A DNA stretch of 32,000 nucleotides from Phycisphaera mikurensis NBRC 102666 (GTDB lineage: Bacteria > Planctomycetota > Phycisphaerae > Phycisphaerales > Phycisphaeraceae): NCBI RefSeq assembly GCF_000284115.1, contig NC_017080.1, forward strand, positions 3,240,001 to 3,272,000. The letters are read 5' to 3'. The position numbers and the translations under genes were made by a program. Positions 16,374 to 24,506 of this stretch are shown here, in pieces (positions within the stretch are counted from its first letter, which is position 1; every line of letters starts with the position of its first letter). Below the pieces are notes generated by a model. It was not told the origin of the DNA and made no database searches. It saw nothing but the letters and a program-made list of their open reading frames with translations.

Positions 16374-18946
16374 CAGGGCAGCTCGATCAGGGCACGGCCG
16401 TCGCGGAAGAGCCCCACGCGGGTCCGCCCGTCCTCGTGAGCGGTGAAGGAGATCCGGTCGGCCGGCCCCCGGGGCCAGGTCAGCTCGACGACCCCGGACG
16501 CGGGCGAGCCGACCTCCGGCAGCGCGTCCACGCCGTGCCGGTGCGGGAACAGCAGGACGCGGAAGGCCGCCCCCACGCCCCGGCGGGGCACGATCAGGCG
16601 GCGGTCGAGGCCGAAGGTCCGGCCGCTGGGCCCGTCGTAGGTGTCCTTCTTCTCGAACGTCTCGACGCGCGGGGCGGGTGTCGCGTCGAAGCGGTCCAAC
16701 GGCAGGGGGTCGCCGTGGAGGACGCGGACGAGCAGCAGCGGCTCGCCCTCCGCCGGCTTGTAGCGCAGCGTCCCGGGCACGCGGTCGATCGTGTCGCGGC
16801 CCAGGAGGACGTCGGTGTAGACGAGCGGCGGGGGGCCGTCGCCCGCGTCGGGCGCGAGCCCGCGCGGGTTGTCGTGCTTCGTGATCGACAGCGCCGTCAG
16901 GTCCGGCTCCAGCATCATCGTCCACGCGTGGAGCCGCTCGCGGCCGTCCTTCATCACGTCGTCCACGACCAAGGCGTAGTCGCGTTCGCCACGCACCAGG
17001 CCCATCGTGCGGAAGGCGTGCTCCACCGGGTTGTGGGCGACGCGGACCGTCCAGGGGTCCTCGTCCCACATGCCCGAGTCGCGGAGGTCGAAGCCCTCGA
17101 AGGCGGCGACCACGTTGGGGTGCGTCTCGTGCTCCCACGCCACGCCGCGGTCGACCCAGTCCTGCGCCCGCTCGCGGTACACGCCGAAGCGCTCGATGGC
17201 GTGCTTGGGTGCGTCGACCGGCTGCGCGTAAGCGGCCTTGGGCCAGCGCCAGGCGTAGGGGTACGCGAGGTCGGCGATCAGGAACGCGGCGTCTTCGGTG
17301 TGCTCCATCGCGATGACGTCGGCGGGCGCGGCGGGGTAGCCCTGCCCGCGGCCGTCGATCAGCACGAGGTTGTGGTGCCGCGACTCCACCGAGCGGAACC
17401 CGTCGGCGGACCAGGGCCGGCCGAGCGCGAACAGCTGGAAGCCGCCACGGTCGGCGTGGTCGTGGTTGGTGTTGAAGCCGTCGGTCCGCGCCGCCATCGG
17501 CATCACGGTCGCGTCGTCGGCCCAGCGGTCCCGCGCGATCATCAGGCCGCGGCCGGCGTCGGTGAACGTGGTGGTGAGGCCCAGCTCCGCGGCCAACGCC
17601 GCCGCCGCGCCCGGCTCGGCGTCGGCGTCGTCGGCGAAGACCAGCGCGTCGATCAGCGTGAAGTGGCCGCGGTCGCCGCGGTCCAGCAGCTGCGCGGCGA
17701 CCTCGGCGTAGATCGCGTCGACGAGCGGGTCGTCGGGGTAGAAGAACTTCCGCACCATCAGCTCGTGGTGCGTGGGCGCGTGCGAGCCGCCGTCGCCGGG
17801 GCTGTTCCACCGGTCGGTGCCGGGGATCATCGTCTGCAGCTGCCACCGCGGGATCGCCCGGTAGCGGTCCATCGCGATGAGGTTCTCGCCGCGGCGGGTC
17901 ATCGCCGCCAGCGCCGGCGACCCCCACAGCCAGCCGAAGCTGGTGTAGCCGACGGCTTCGGTGCTCACGCCGTTCTGGGTGTACCCGTGCGACAGGTAAT
18001 CCCGCATCATCTCGACGCCGACCTCGTACACGCGCGGGTCGTACCCCTCCTCGCCCTCGATCGCCAGCGACAGCAGCGTGAAGTGCTGGGCGACGTTGAT
18101 CCAGTTCCAGTCGCGGAGGTGCGGCGGCAGGTTCATGCCGAAGGCGAAGGCGCCGCGGGTGATCCGCGCGATCACCCGCCGCGTCGCGTCGCGGTCCGCT
18201 TCGGCCATGTGCGGGGCCGCGAGGTCGTAGGCGTAGCCCAGCTGCTGGTAGCCGAGCCGCCGGTGGTTGTGCTCGGGGTGGCGGTCGGGCCAGCGGCCGG
18301 CGTCGTCGCCGTACGGCCCGGCCCGCCAGGCCTCCACCAGCGGCTCCATCTTCCGCGCCCACTGGGCGATGGCCTCCGCCGCCCGCTCGCCCTGCGTCGC
18401 GTCCTCGCGGAGCAGCGCATCGAGGGCCGCGAGCTCGAGGTCGTACAGCACCGGCTCGCGGTTGTAGCCGCCGCGGCCGGCGGGCTCGGGCGCGGCGAGC
18501 AGCGCCTCGACGGCGGCGAAATCGCCGGCGATCAGCGCCTCCACCGCCCGGTGCGTCCAGCTGCCGGGGGCGCGGAAGCCGGCGTCGAGCCGCCGGGTCA
18601 TCAAGCCGCGGAGGCGGCGGCCCACGGCCGTTTCCTCCGAGCGGCGGCGGAGGTCCGGCAGGTCGTCGGGCCCGAAGAGGATCCGCGGGTGGACGCCGGG
18701 CGCGGGCACCGGGCCGAGGCGGTCGCGCGCGAGCCCGGTCTGGTCGTACGCGACCTCGACGGCCGGCGACACCGGATACCCCAGGTCCCGGTTCAGCACC
18801 GCCTCGCCGTCGAAGGGCCGGTCGGAGACCCGCTTCGCGGGGTCGGGCGTCGGCGTGGGCGCGGGCTCCGCCGCGGCGGCGGGGGCGAGCGAAGCGGCGG
18901 CCGCGAGCGTCGCGGAGAGGGCGAGCGGGCGGGAGCGTTTTCTCAT
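16373..18946 (-). CDS. Secreted heparinase II/III-like polysaccharide lyase family protein
   Basis: Signal peptide 'MRKRSRPLALSATLAAAASLAPAAAA'. 'HPRILFGPDDLPDLRRR' is an alginate-lyase/DUF4962-type N-domain opening. 'FNTNHDHADRGGFQLFALGRPWSADG...HHNLVLIDGRGQ' matches the heparinase II/III C-domain signature. Confidence 0.75.
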   Translation of the reverse strand: MRKRSRPLALSATLAAAASLAPAAAAEPAPTPTPDPAKRVSDRPFDGEAVLNRDLGYPVSPAVEVAYDQTGLARDRLGPVPAPGVHPRILFGPDDLPDLRRRSEETAVGRRLRGLMTRRLDAGFRAPGSWTHRAVEALIAGDFAAVEALLAAPEPAGRGGYNREPVLYDLELAALDALLREDATQGERAAEAIAQWARKMEPLVEAWRAGPYGDDAGRWPDRHPEHNHRRLGYQQLGYAYDLAAPHMAEADRDATRRVIARITRGAFAFGMNLPPHLRDWNWINVAQHFTLLSLAIEGEEGYDPRVYEVGVEMMRDYLSHGYTQNGVSTEAVGYTSFGWLWGSPALAAMTRRGENLIAMDRYRAIPRWQLQTMIPGTDRWNSPGDGGSHAPTHHELMVRKFFYPDDPLVDAIYAEVAAQLLDRGDRGHFTLIDALVFADDADAEPGAAAALAAELGLTTTFTDAGRGLMIARDRWADDATVMPMAARTDGFNTNHDHADRGGFQLFALGRPWSADGFRSVESRHHNLVLIDGRGQGYPAAPADVIAMEHTEDAAFLIADLAYPYAWRWPKAAYAQPVDAPKHAIERFGVYRERAQDWVDRGVAWEHETHPNVVAAFEGFDLRDSGMWDEDPWTVRVAHNPVEHAFRTMGLVRGERDYALVVDDVMKDGRERLHAWTMMLEPDLTALSITKHDNPRGLAPDAGDGPPPLVYTDVLLGRDTIDRVPGTLRYKPAEGEPLLLVRVLHGDPLPLDRFDATPAPRVETFEKKDTYDGPSGRTFGLDRRLIVPRRGVGAAFRVLLFPHRHGVDALPEVGSPASGVVELTWPRGPADRISFTAHEDGRTRVGLFRDGRALIELP

Positions 18947-19030
18947 GGGGAGCCCGGGAGCGGCCGTGCGGCCGGGGGAAGCGGCGGTCGCCCGCGCGTG
19001 CGGGACCGCCACGCGACGACGCGGACCGCC

Positions 19031-19942
19031 TCAGAAGCCGTTGGAGGTGTCGCTGCCGTTCCCGTTCCAGAAGCGGTTCCACTCGGCGCGATCGCCGAAG
19101 GCGGGCAGCGTGAAAGGGTGGCTGGCCTTGAAGGTCACCGACTCCTGGTCGCGGCTCTCGGCGTGGCCGTCGAGGAAGATGTAGTTCCCCGTGCCGCCCT
19201 GGTAGTAGAAGCGGTCGGTGGCGGGCTCGACGATCTGATCGCCCGCCCCGCCGTGGGGCTGCAGGGCCGGCGTCGAGCCGTTGCCGCTGCCCGGGGCGCC
19301 GCGGCCGTTGATCTCGGGGTGCCACCACAGCGTCCCGCCGCTCCAGGGCCGCGGCCAGCCGCCGGCGTCGGCGAAGAGCATCAGCTCGCTCGCCGAGTCG
19401 GGGCCGTCGATGGTCCTGAGGCTCCCGAAGGAGTCCCGCCCGCTGAAGAGGCGGCCGATCTGGATGTTGATCGCGAAGGTGCCGCGGTAGCCCGGGTTCG
19501 TCGGGGTCCGGCCGACGTCGCCGATGCCGAAGGCCGATTCCGCCTCCTGGCAGGTGAAAGCGCCGCCCTGCGACCAGTTGCCCAGCTCCTCGTTGTTCTT
19601 CTGGTAGCCCGGGGAGAGCGCCGGGTCCGTGCCGTCGAGGAAGGGCGCCCCCATGTACTCGGAGTAGACGTACCAGTTGGTCGGCTCCCCCGTGCCGTCG
19701 GGCTCGAGGCCCGGGCCGCGGTACTGGCCGTAGGCGATCGCGCCGTCGCGGTCGACGGCGTAGGTGTTCACCGCGATGCCCATCTGCCGCATCTGGCTCA
19801 GGCAGACCACGCCGCGGGCCGCCTTGCGGGCGGCCCCCAGCGCCGGCAGCAGGATCCCGATGAGCAGGGCGATGATGCTGATGACCACCAGCAGCTCGAT
19901 GAGCGTGAAGGCGCGACGGCGTGAGGGAGCGTTGGAGGACAT
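19031..19942 (-). CDS. Prepilin-type N-terminal cleavage/methylation domain protein, DUF1559-like
   Basis: '[48 protein letters not shown]' is a class-III signal plus the conserved planctomycete DUF1559 N-domain. The C-terminal region '[13 protein letters not shown]' is at the H-X9-DG position, with Gln where His is expected. Confidence 0.85.
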   Translation of the reverse strand: MSSNAPSRRRAFTLIELLVVISIIALLIGILLPALGAARKAARGVVCLSQMRQMGIAVNTYAVDRDGAIAYGQYRGPGLEPDGTGEPTNWYVYSEYMGAPFLDGTDPALSPGYQKNNEELGNWSQGGAFTCQEAESAFGIGDVGRTPTNPGYRGTFAINIQIGRLFSGRDSFGSLRTIDGPDSASELMLFADAGGWPRPWSGGTLWWHPEINGRGAPGSGNGSTPALQPHGGAGDQIVEPATDRFYYQGGTGNYIFLDGHAESRDQESVTFKASHPFTLPAFGDRAEWNRFWNGNGSDTSNGF

Positions 19943-20017
19943 GACGAAAGCTGGAAGAGAGGGAGAATCGACCCCGGAGCGGGAGCGGGAGGCAGGGCGC
20001 GGGAAATGTTGCATGGA

Positions 20018-20046
20018 ATGTTACCTTTGTTACGGACGCGAGTCAA
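20018..20046 (-). promoter_or_regulatory. Candidate sigma70-type promoter of the pilin-like/lyase operon
   Basis: On the minus strand: TTGACT (20046-20041), a 17-nt spacer, then TAACAT (20023-20018). It lies about 75 nt upstream of the ATG at 19942, in a locally AT-enriched patch. Confidence 0.4.
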
Positions 20047-20170
20047 CCGTCCGACCGATCATGAACCGGCCCCATGCCCGAAGAACCCCCGTCTCGCTTG
20101 AAACCAGCCGCATCCGCTCCGAGACCGCTGGGTGCGGGCCCTACGCTGTCCCGCCGCCACCGCGCCCGCG

Positions 20171-20194
20171 GATGTGACAGCCCTGGGACACATC
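20171..20194. promoter_or_regulatory. Palindrome GATGTG-N12-CACATC in the divergent LacI/operon control region (candidate operator)
   Basis: The 6-bp arms are perfect, with partial inner complementarity (cag/ctg). It lies about 100 bp upstream of the lacI-family start. Confidence 0.3.
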
Positions 20195-20291
20195 GGTCCG
20201 GGCCCGCCGTCCTCCGCACTACGCTGCCGCGGACGCGGCGCTCCGCCCTCCCGCCGCGGCCTGTCTCCACCCCTCCCCCCGCCCTTCGCCG

Positions 20292-21311
20292 ATGAGCACC
20301 CGCTCCCCGACCGCCGCCGAAGTCGCCGCCCGTGCGGGCGTGAGCCGGATGACGGTCTACCGGGTGATGAAGGAGGACCCGCGGGTGTCTTCCTCCACCG
20401 CGACCTCGGTCCAGCGCGCCATCCGCGACCTCAACTACCTCCCGCCGGGCCAGCGGAACGCCGAAGCCGACGCCGCCGGCGCGGGCGGGCGGCACGGCCG
20501 GCTGGCCTTCCTGATCCCCGACGCCGACGTCGCCGCCCTGCGGACGGCCCTGACCGGCCGGCTGCTGCACGGGATCGACGCCGTCCTCACGCCCCGCTCG
20601 CTGGAGCTCTCGCTGACGCGGCTGCCGGCCCCCGGCCAGCTCCCCGGGCTCATCACGCGGCGGAAGGTCGACGGCGTCATCGTGCGTTCGAGCCACCGCG
20701 ACGAGTTCCCCGCCGAGCGGATCGAGCGGGTGCCCTGCGTCTGGCTCATGGAGAGCCGCCGGCCGGCGCCACCCGGCGACGTGGTGCACACCGACGACGT
20801 CGAGATCGGCCGCCTCGCCGCGGAGGCGTTCTGCCGCCGCGGCCGCCGGCACGTCGCGATCCTCAACGAGAACGCCGAGCACACGTCGTACAACGAGCGG
20901 GTGAGGGGCCTGCAGGTGTCGCTGTCCGGCGGGCCGGTGGCCACCGAGCCGGTCGACGCGGCCGGCCTGTCCGGCTCGACCCGGCAGGCCGCGGCGTGCA
21001 TCGACCGCCTGCTCGATCGGCACCCCGGCCTCGACGGCTTCTTCCTGCCCGGCACCGTGCCCTTCGTCAGCCTGCTCCACCAGGCACTCGCAGCCCGCGG
21101 ACGCGATCTCGGCGGCGTCACGATCGTGAGCGCCAGCTACGACGCCGACCTCAACGCCTCGCTGCGGCCGCGCCCGGTCCACATCGACGCCCGCCCCGAG
21201 CAGCTGGGCGAGGCCGCGGCCGAGCTGCTGCTCTGGCGGCTGTCCCACCCCGCCGCCGCCCGCCGCCGCGTCACGGTGGTGCCCGCGGTGATCGAGCCCG
21301 AGAACGATTGA
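20292..21311 (+). CDS. LacI-family transcriptional regulator
   Basis: N-terminal HTH 'PTAAEVAARAGVSRMTVYRVMKEDPRVSSSTATSVQRAIRDLNYLP', followed by a periplasmic-binding-protein-like sugar-binding core. Confidence 0.85.
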   Translation: MSTRSPTAAEVAARAGVSRMTVYRVMKEDPRVSSSTATSVQRAIRDLNYLPPGQRNAEADAAGAGGRHGRLAFLIPDADVAALRTALTGRLLHGIDAVLTPRSLELSLTRLPAPGQLPGLITRRKVDGVIVRSSHRDEFPAERIERVPCVWLMESRRPAPPGDVVHTDDVEIGRLAAEAFCRRGRRHVAILNENAEHTSYNERVRGLQVSLSGGPVATEPVDAAGLSGSTRQAAACIDRLLDRHPGLDGFFLPGTVPFVSLLHQALAARGRDLGGVTIVSASYDADLNASLRPRPVHIDARPEQLGEAAAELLLWRLSHPAAARRRVTVVPAVIEPEND

Positions 21312-21437
21312 GCCGCCGGGCCGCGGACCGCGGGCTCGGAGGGCTCCGCGGCCCGCCGGTCCGCGGGGCGAGACGCCGCCGCGCGGGAAGCCGGAACCGG
21401 CGGGTCGCGGCCGCGGCCGCTCTACGCTCGGTGGCCC

Positions 21438-23333
21438 ATGTCCCCGGACGCAGCCCCCACCGAACCCGTGCCCGCCGCCGCGCGCCAGCTGCTGGGGCTC
21501 GGCGGGGCGGGCGGGCAGGTCTCCCCGGGGCCCAAGCCGATCGCGACGCGGTCGCCGCGGCGGTCCGGCGAGGGCTCCGACTCGGTGGACCTCCCGCCCC
21601 GGCAGCTCTCGCTGACCGACTTCCTGGACCTCGAAACGCTGCAGGCGGTGCAGGACGGCTTCGTCTCGATCACCCGCCTGCAAGCGCAGATCCTCGACGC
21701 CGCCGGCCGGCCCGTCACCCGGCCCACCGACGCGAAGGTCCGCAGCGCGGCCGACGCGGCGACGGGCCTGCTGCTCGAGGAAGACGGCGGCGGCGAGCTC
21801 GCCGCCGGCGGCCGCTTCGTCGCGCCGATCGCCGTGGGGCCCGAGCGGCTGGGGTCGATCGTGATCGACGCGCCGCGGCACGCCAGCGACGCGGGCATCG
21901 GCCACGACGAGCTCGAGCGGCTCGCCGCCAGCCTCGGCCTGGGCCCCGAGGAGCGGCAGACGCTGTTCGAGGCCGCCGAGCCGGCCTTCGCCGCCAACCG
22001 CGGCGCCTCGGTGCAGTTCCTGTTCCTCATCGCCAACGCGATCACGCGGCTGTGCTACCAGGCGTGGGAGGGGCAGACACACGTGCAGGAGCTCGAGGCG
22101 CTGTACCGCGTGTCGACGGCCCTGGCCGCCGCCTCGGACGTGCAGGTCGTGCTCGACACCGCCGCGAAGTCGATCGCCGAGGTGCTCGACGCCGACGGCG
22201 TGGTCATCCGCCTGCTGCAGGAGGGGCCCGACGGGCCCGAGCTGGTCCGCCGCGCGAACCACGGGCTCTCCGCCTCCTACATCAACTCCGGCCAGCTGCT
22301 GGTGAACAAGAGCGAGCTCTACAGCAAGGTGATCCGAGGCGAGATCATCTACATCGAGGACCTGCCCGGCGACGCCCGGACCTACTACCCCGAGCTCGCC
22401 CGGGAGGAGGGGCTGGCCTCGATGCTGGCGCTGGGCCTCGCCGACCACGACCAGCCGATCGGCTCGATCCAGGTGTACACGGTGGAGACCCGGCGCTTCA
22501 GCCGCGACCTCGTGCGGCTGGCCCGCGCCGTCTCTCAGCTGGTGAGCGCCGCGATCTCCAAGACCCGCCTGGAGCAGGACCGCAACCGGAACTCGGCGAT
22601 GGTCCGCCAGATGCAGCTCGCCGCCGGCGTGCAGCGGAGGATGCTGCCCCAGCGGCTGCCCGAGCTGGCGGGCTTCGACGTGGCCGCCCGGTACATCCCC
22701 AGCTTCCAGCTCTCCGGCGACTTCTACGACTTCGTCCGCCTCGGCGACGGGAACGTGGGCTTCGCCATCGGCGACGTCGCCGGCAAGGGCATCGCGGCGT
22801 CGCTGCTCATGGCCTCGGTGCGGGCCTCGCTGCGGGCGTACGCCCACGACCTCTACCACCTCGACGAGGTGATCCGGCGGGTGAATCTTGCGCTGTGCCG
22901 CGACACCCTCGACGGCGAGTTTGCCACCCTGTGGTACGGCGTGCTCGACCCGACCGCCCGCCGCTTGACCTACTGCAACGCCGGCCACGAGCCGCCGATC
23001 CTGGTGCGTGACGGCCACATCATCCCGCTGGACGCCGGCGGCATGATCGTCGGGGTCGACCGCGACCAGGACTACGACAAGGGCGTCGTCGACCTGCAGC
23101 CCCGCGACCTGCTGCTGCTCTACACCGACGGCCTGCCCGACGCGATGAACGCCGAGCAGAAGCGATTCGGCCGGGTGGCGATGGAGGCGATGCTCCGCGA
23201 GATCGCAAACCGCGAGGGGCCACCGCGGCCCGCCGCCGAGGGCCTGCGGGAGATCGAGACCCACCTCCGGAACCACGCCGGCGCCCGCCGCGGCAGCGAC
23301 GACACCACGCTGGTGCTGCTGCGCTGCACCTGA
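21438..23333 (+). CDS. PocR-like sensor / GAF / PP2C (SpoIIE-RsbU type) serine phosphatase
   Basis: The N-terminus 'LETLQAVQDGFVSITRLQAQILDAAGRPVT...FVAPIAVGPERLGSIVI' is PocR-like. A GAF-like middle region follows. The C-terminus 'QRRMLPQ...YIPSFQLSGDFYDF...FAIGDVAGKGIAASLLM...LLLYTDGL...GSDDTTLVLL' carries PP2C motifs. Confidence 0.8.
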   Translation: MSPDAAPTEPVPAAARQLLGLGGAGGQVSPGPKPIATRSPRRSGEGSDSVDLPPRQLSLTDFLDLETLQAVQDGFVSITRLQAQILDAAGRPVTRPTDAKVRSAADAATGLLLEEDGGGELAAGGRFVAPIAVGPERLGSIVIDAPRHASDAGIGHDELERLAASLGLGPEERQTLFEAAEPAFAANRGASVQFLFLIANAITRLCYQAWEGQTHVQELEALYRVSTALAAASDVQVVLDTAAKSIAEVLDADGVVIRLLQEGPDGPELVRRANHGLSASYINSGQLLVNKSELYSKVIRGEIIYIEDLPGDARTYYPELAREEGLASMLALGLADHDQPIGSIQVYTVETRRFSRDLVRLARAVSQLVSAAISKTRLEQDRNRNSAMVRQMQLAAGVQRRMLPQRLPELAGFDVAARYIPSFQLSGDFYDFVRLGDGNVGFAIGDVAGKGIAASLLMASVRASLRAYAHDLYHLDEVIRRVNLALCRDTLDGEFATLWYGVLDPTARRLTYCNAGHEPPILVRDGHIIPLDAGGMIVGVDRDQDYDKGVVDLQPRDLLLLYTDGLPDAMNAEQKRFGRVAMEAMLREIANREGPPRPAAEGLREIETHLRNHAGARRGSDDTTLVLLRCT

Positions 23334-23440
23334 CGCGAGACCGCGGCGGCGGACCTTTGCGTCACCCGCGTCGTCCGCGGCTCCTCTCGGCCCGGGAGGG
23401 GCTCCTCGAGGCGTTCGGATTGTCTCTCAAGCGTCCGATG

Positions 23441-23618
23441 CCCGGGTGTCACGCCCTTGGGGGGTGGCCGCATCCCGACGACCTCCCGCGTTCGCCACCC
23501 CGCAAGCGGCGTGGCACCCGAGACCTCCGCTCGTTCGCGGCTCCCGGGTGCCACGCCCCTTGGGGGGTGGCCGAATCCCGACGGCCTCCCGCGCTCGCCA
23601 CCCCGCAAGCGGCGTGGC
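23441..23618. repeat. Two tandem REP-like hairpin units (period 102 bp) between convergent genes
   Basis: Unit 1 has arms 23443-23468 / 23494-23520: 26 bp with one mismatch and one bulge, and a 25-nt loop. Unit 2 has arms 23545-23571 / 23597-23618. The units are near-identical. The right arm of unit 1 can also pair with the left arm of unit 2. Confidence 0.7.
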
Positions 23619-23623
23619 GGGCG

Positions 23624-24280
23624 TCAGGTCGCGGGCCGGATCCCGAAGACGAAGATCCCGCACCACCGGTTGCCGACGCGGTCGGTGAGGGGGAAGCCGC
23701 GGACCGAGGGCAACTCCACCATGAGCCCCGCCGACAGCGCTTTCTCATGCCACACGCCCGCGTCGTGCACGGCCGTCTCCTCGTCGGCGGTGAACAGCAC
23801 GAGCAGGAGGCCGGCGTGGCGGACGCCCCGGTCGCGGGCCAGCTTCCGGGCGTCGGCCAGCAGCGTCCGCCCCAGCTCGGCGGCGTACCGCTTGGCGAAG
23901 CCCTCCTCGCCGAACTGCGCGGTGGTCTTCACCTCCAGCCAGAACGCCTCCTCGGGCGCGACCCCCGCCCCGCCGGGGTCGCCGAAGAGCGTTCCGGCCA
24001 GCTCGCCGTCGAGCACCGGCCGGCCGCCCGGCGTCAGCACCACGTCGCACCGCTCGCCCTCGCTGCGCTTGCGCCTCGACCACCCGCCGGGGAGCTTCTG
24101 CTCCGGCCACACGCCCCACCGCGCGTCCGCCGCCCGCAGCGCCGAATGCAGGAAGGGGTGCAGGTCGATCTCGCGGAGCACGTCGAGCCCGGCGACCGCC
24201 TGCTCGGCGTCGAGGGCGGCGGCGTCGGCCAGGAGTCCCGCCTCGATGGCGTCCGCGACGTCGGAGGGGGAGGGCGTCAT
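23624..24280 (-). CDS. Hypothetical protein with a PD-(D/E)XK nuclease-like motif pattern
   Basis: The ORF has consistent GC3 bias. 'REIDLHP' (E), 'ERCDVVLTP' (D) and 'FWLEVKT' (E-x-K) occur in the order and spacing of the restriction-endonuclease-like fold. The start was taken at ATG 24280 (MTPSPSD...). No partner gene is present. Confidence 0.5.
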   Translation of the reverse strand: MTPSPSDVADAIEAGLLADAAALDAEQAVAGLDVLREIDLHPFLHSALRAADARWGVWPEQKLPGGWSRRKRSEGERCDVVLTPGGRPVLDGELAGTLFGDPGGAGVAPEEAFWLEVKTTAQFGEEGFAKRYAAELGRTLLADARKLARDRGVRHAGLLLVLFTADEETAVHDAGVWHEKALSAGLMVELPSVRGFPLTDRVGNRWCGIFVFGIRPAT

Positions 24281-24371
24281 GAAGAAGATGTGACCAGGAA
24301 ACGCGGCGGAAGGATCAACGCCCGGCGCACGCCGCCGCATTCAAGCCCGACACGAGGCCAACGAGACATCG

Positions 24372-24484
24372 GCACAGAGGCGAAGAAACGCGAACGAGCA
24401 AGACCCCCATACCGAGCACAGCGACGGCCCCACCTGCCCGCCTCCGTCTCTCCGTCTCTTCGTCTCTTCGTCTCTCCGTCTCTT
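24372..24484. repeat. Hairpin repeat element, copy A, ending in a 5-unit octamer array (CGTCTCTY)5
   Basis: Homologous to 27149-27264, sharing 'cagagRcgaaga', 'ccgagcRcagcgacggccc' and the octamer array. The array is at 24445-24484. The element ends 22 nt downstream of the stop of the minus-strand gene 24507-25526. Confidence 0.65.
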
Positions 24485-24506
24485 AAGCGTCGAAGCCGCT
24501 GCTCCT

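Noticed and set aside
14175-19924. Plus-strand ORFs of 754 aa (14175-16439) and 1162 aa (16436-19924), and the 5' 985 codons of the 1713-aa minus ORF 14187-19328
   Set aside because: They are antisense to, or out of frame with, genes that have signal peptides and family motifs. The 1713-aa ORF is real only from the ATG at 16373. Its upstream part overlaps the heparinase-like gene in another frame and reads as R/P/G-rich nonsense.
20043-23276. 1077-aa minus-strand ORF and 959-aa plus ORF (20132-23011) spanning the LacI and PP2C genes
   Set aside because: They are GC-driven shadow ORFs. They cross a clear intergenic gap (21312-21437) and contradict two well-supported plus-strand genes.
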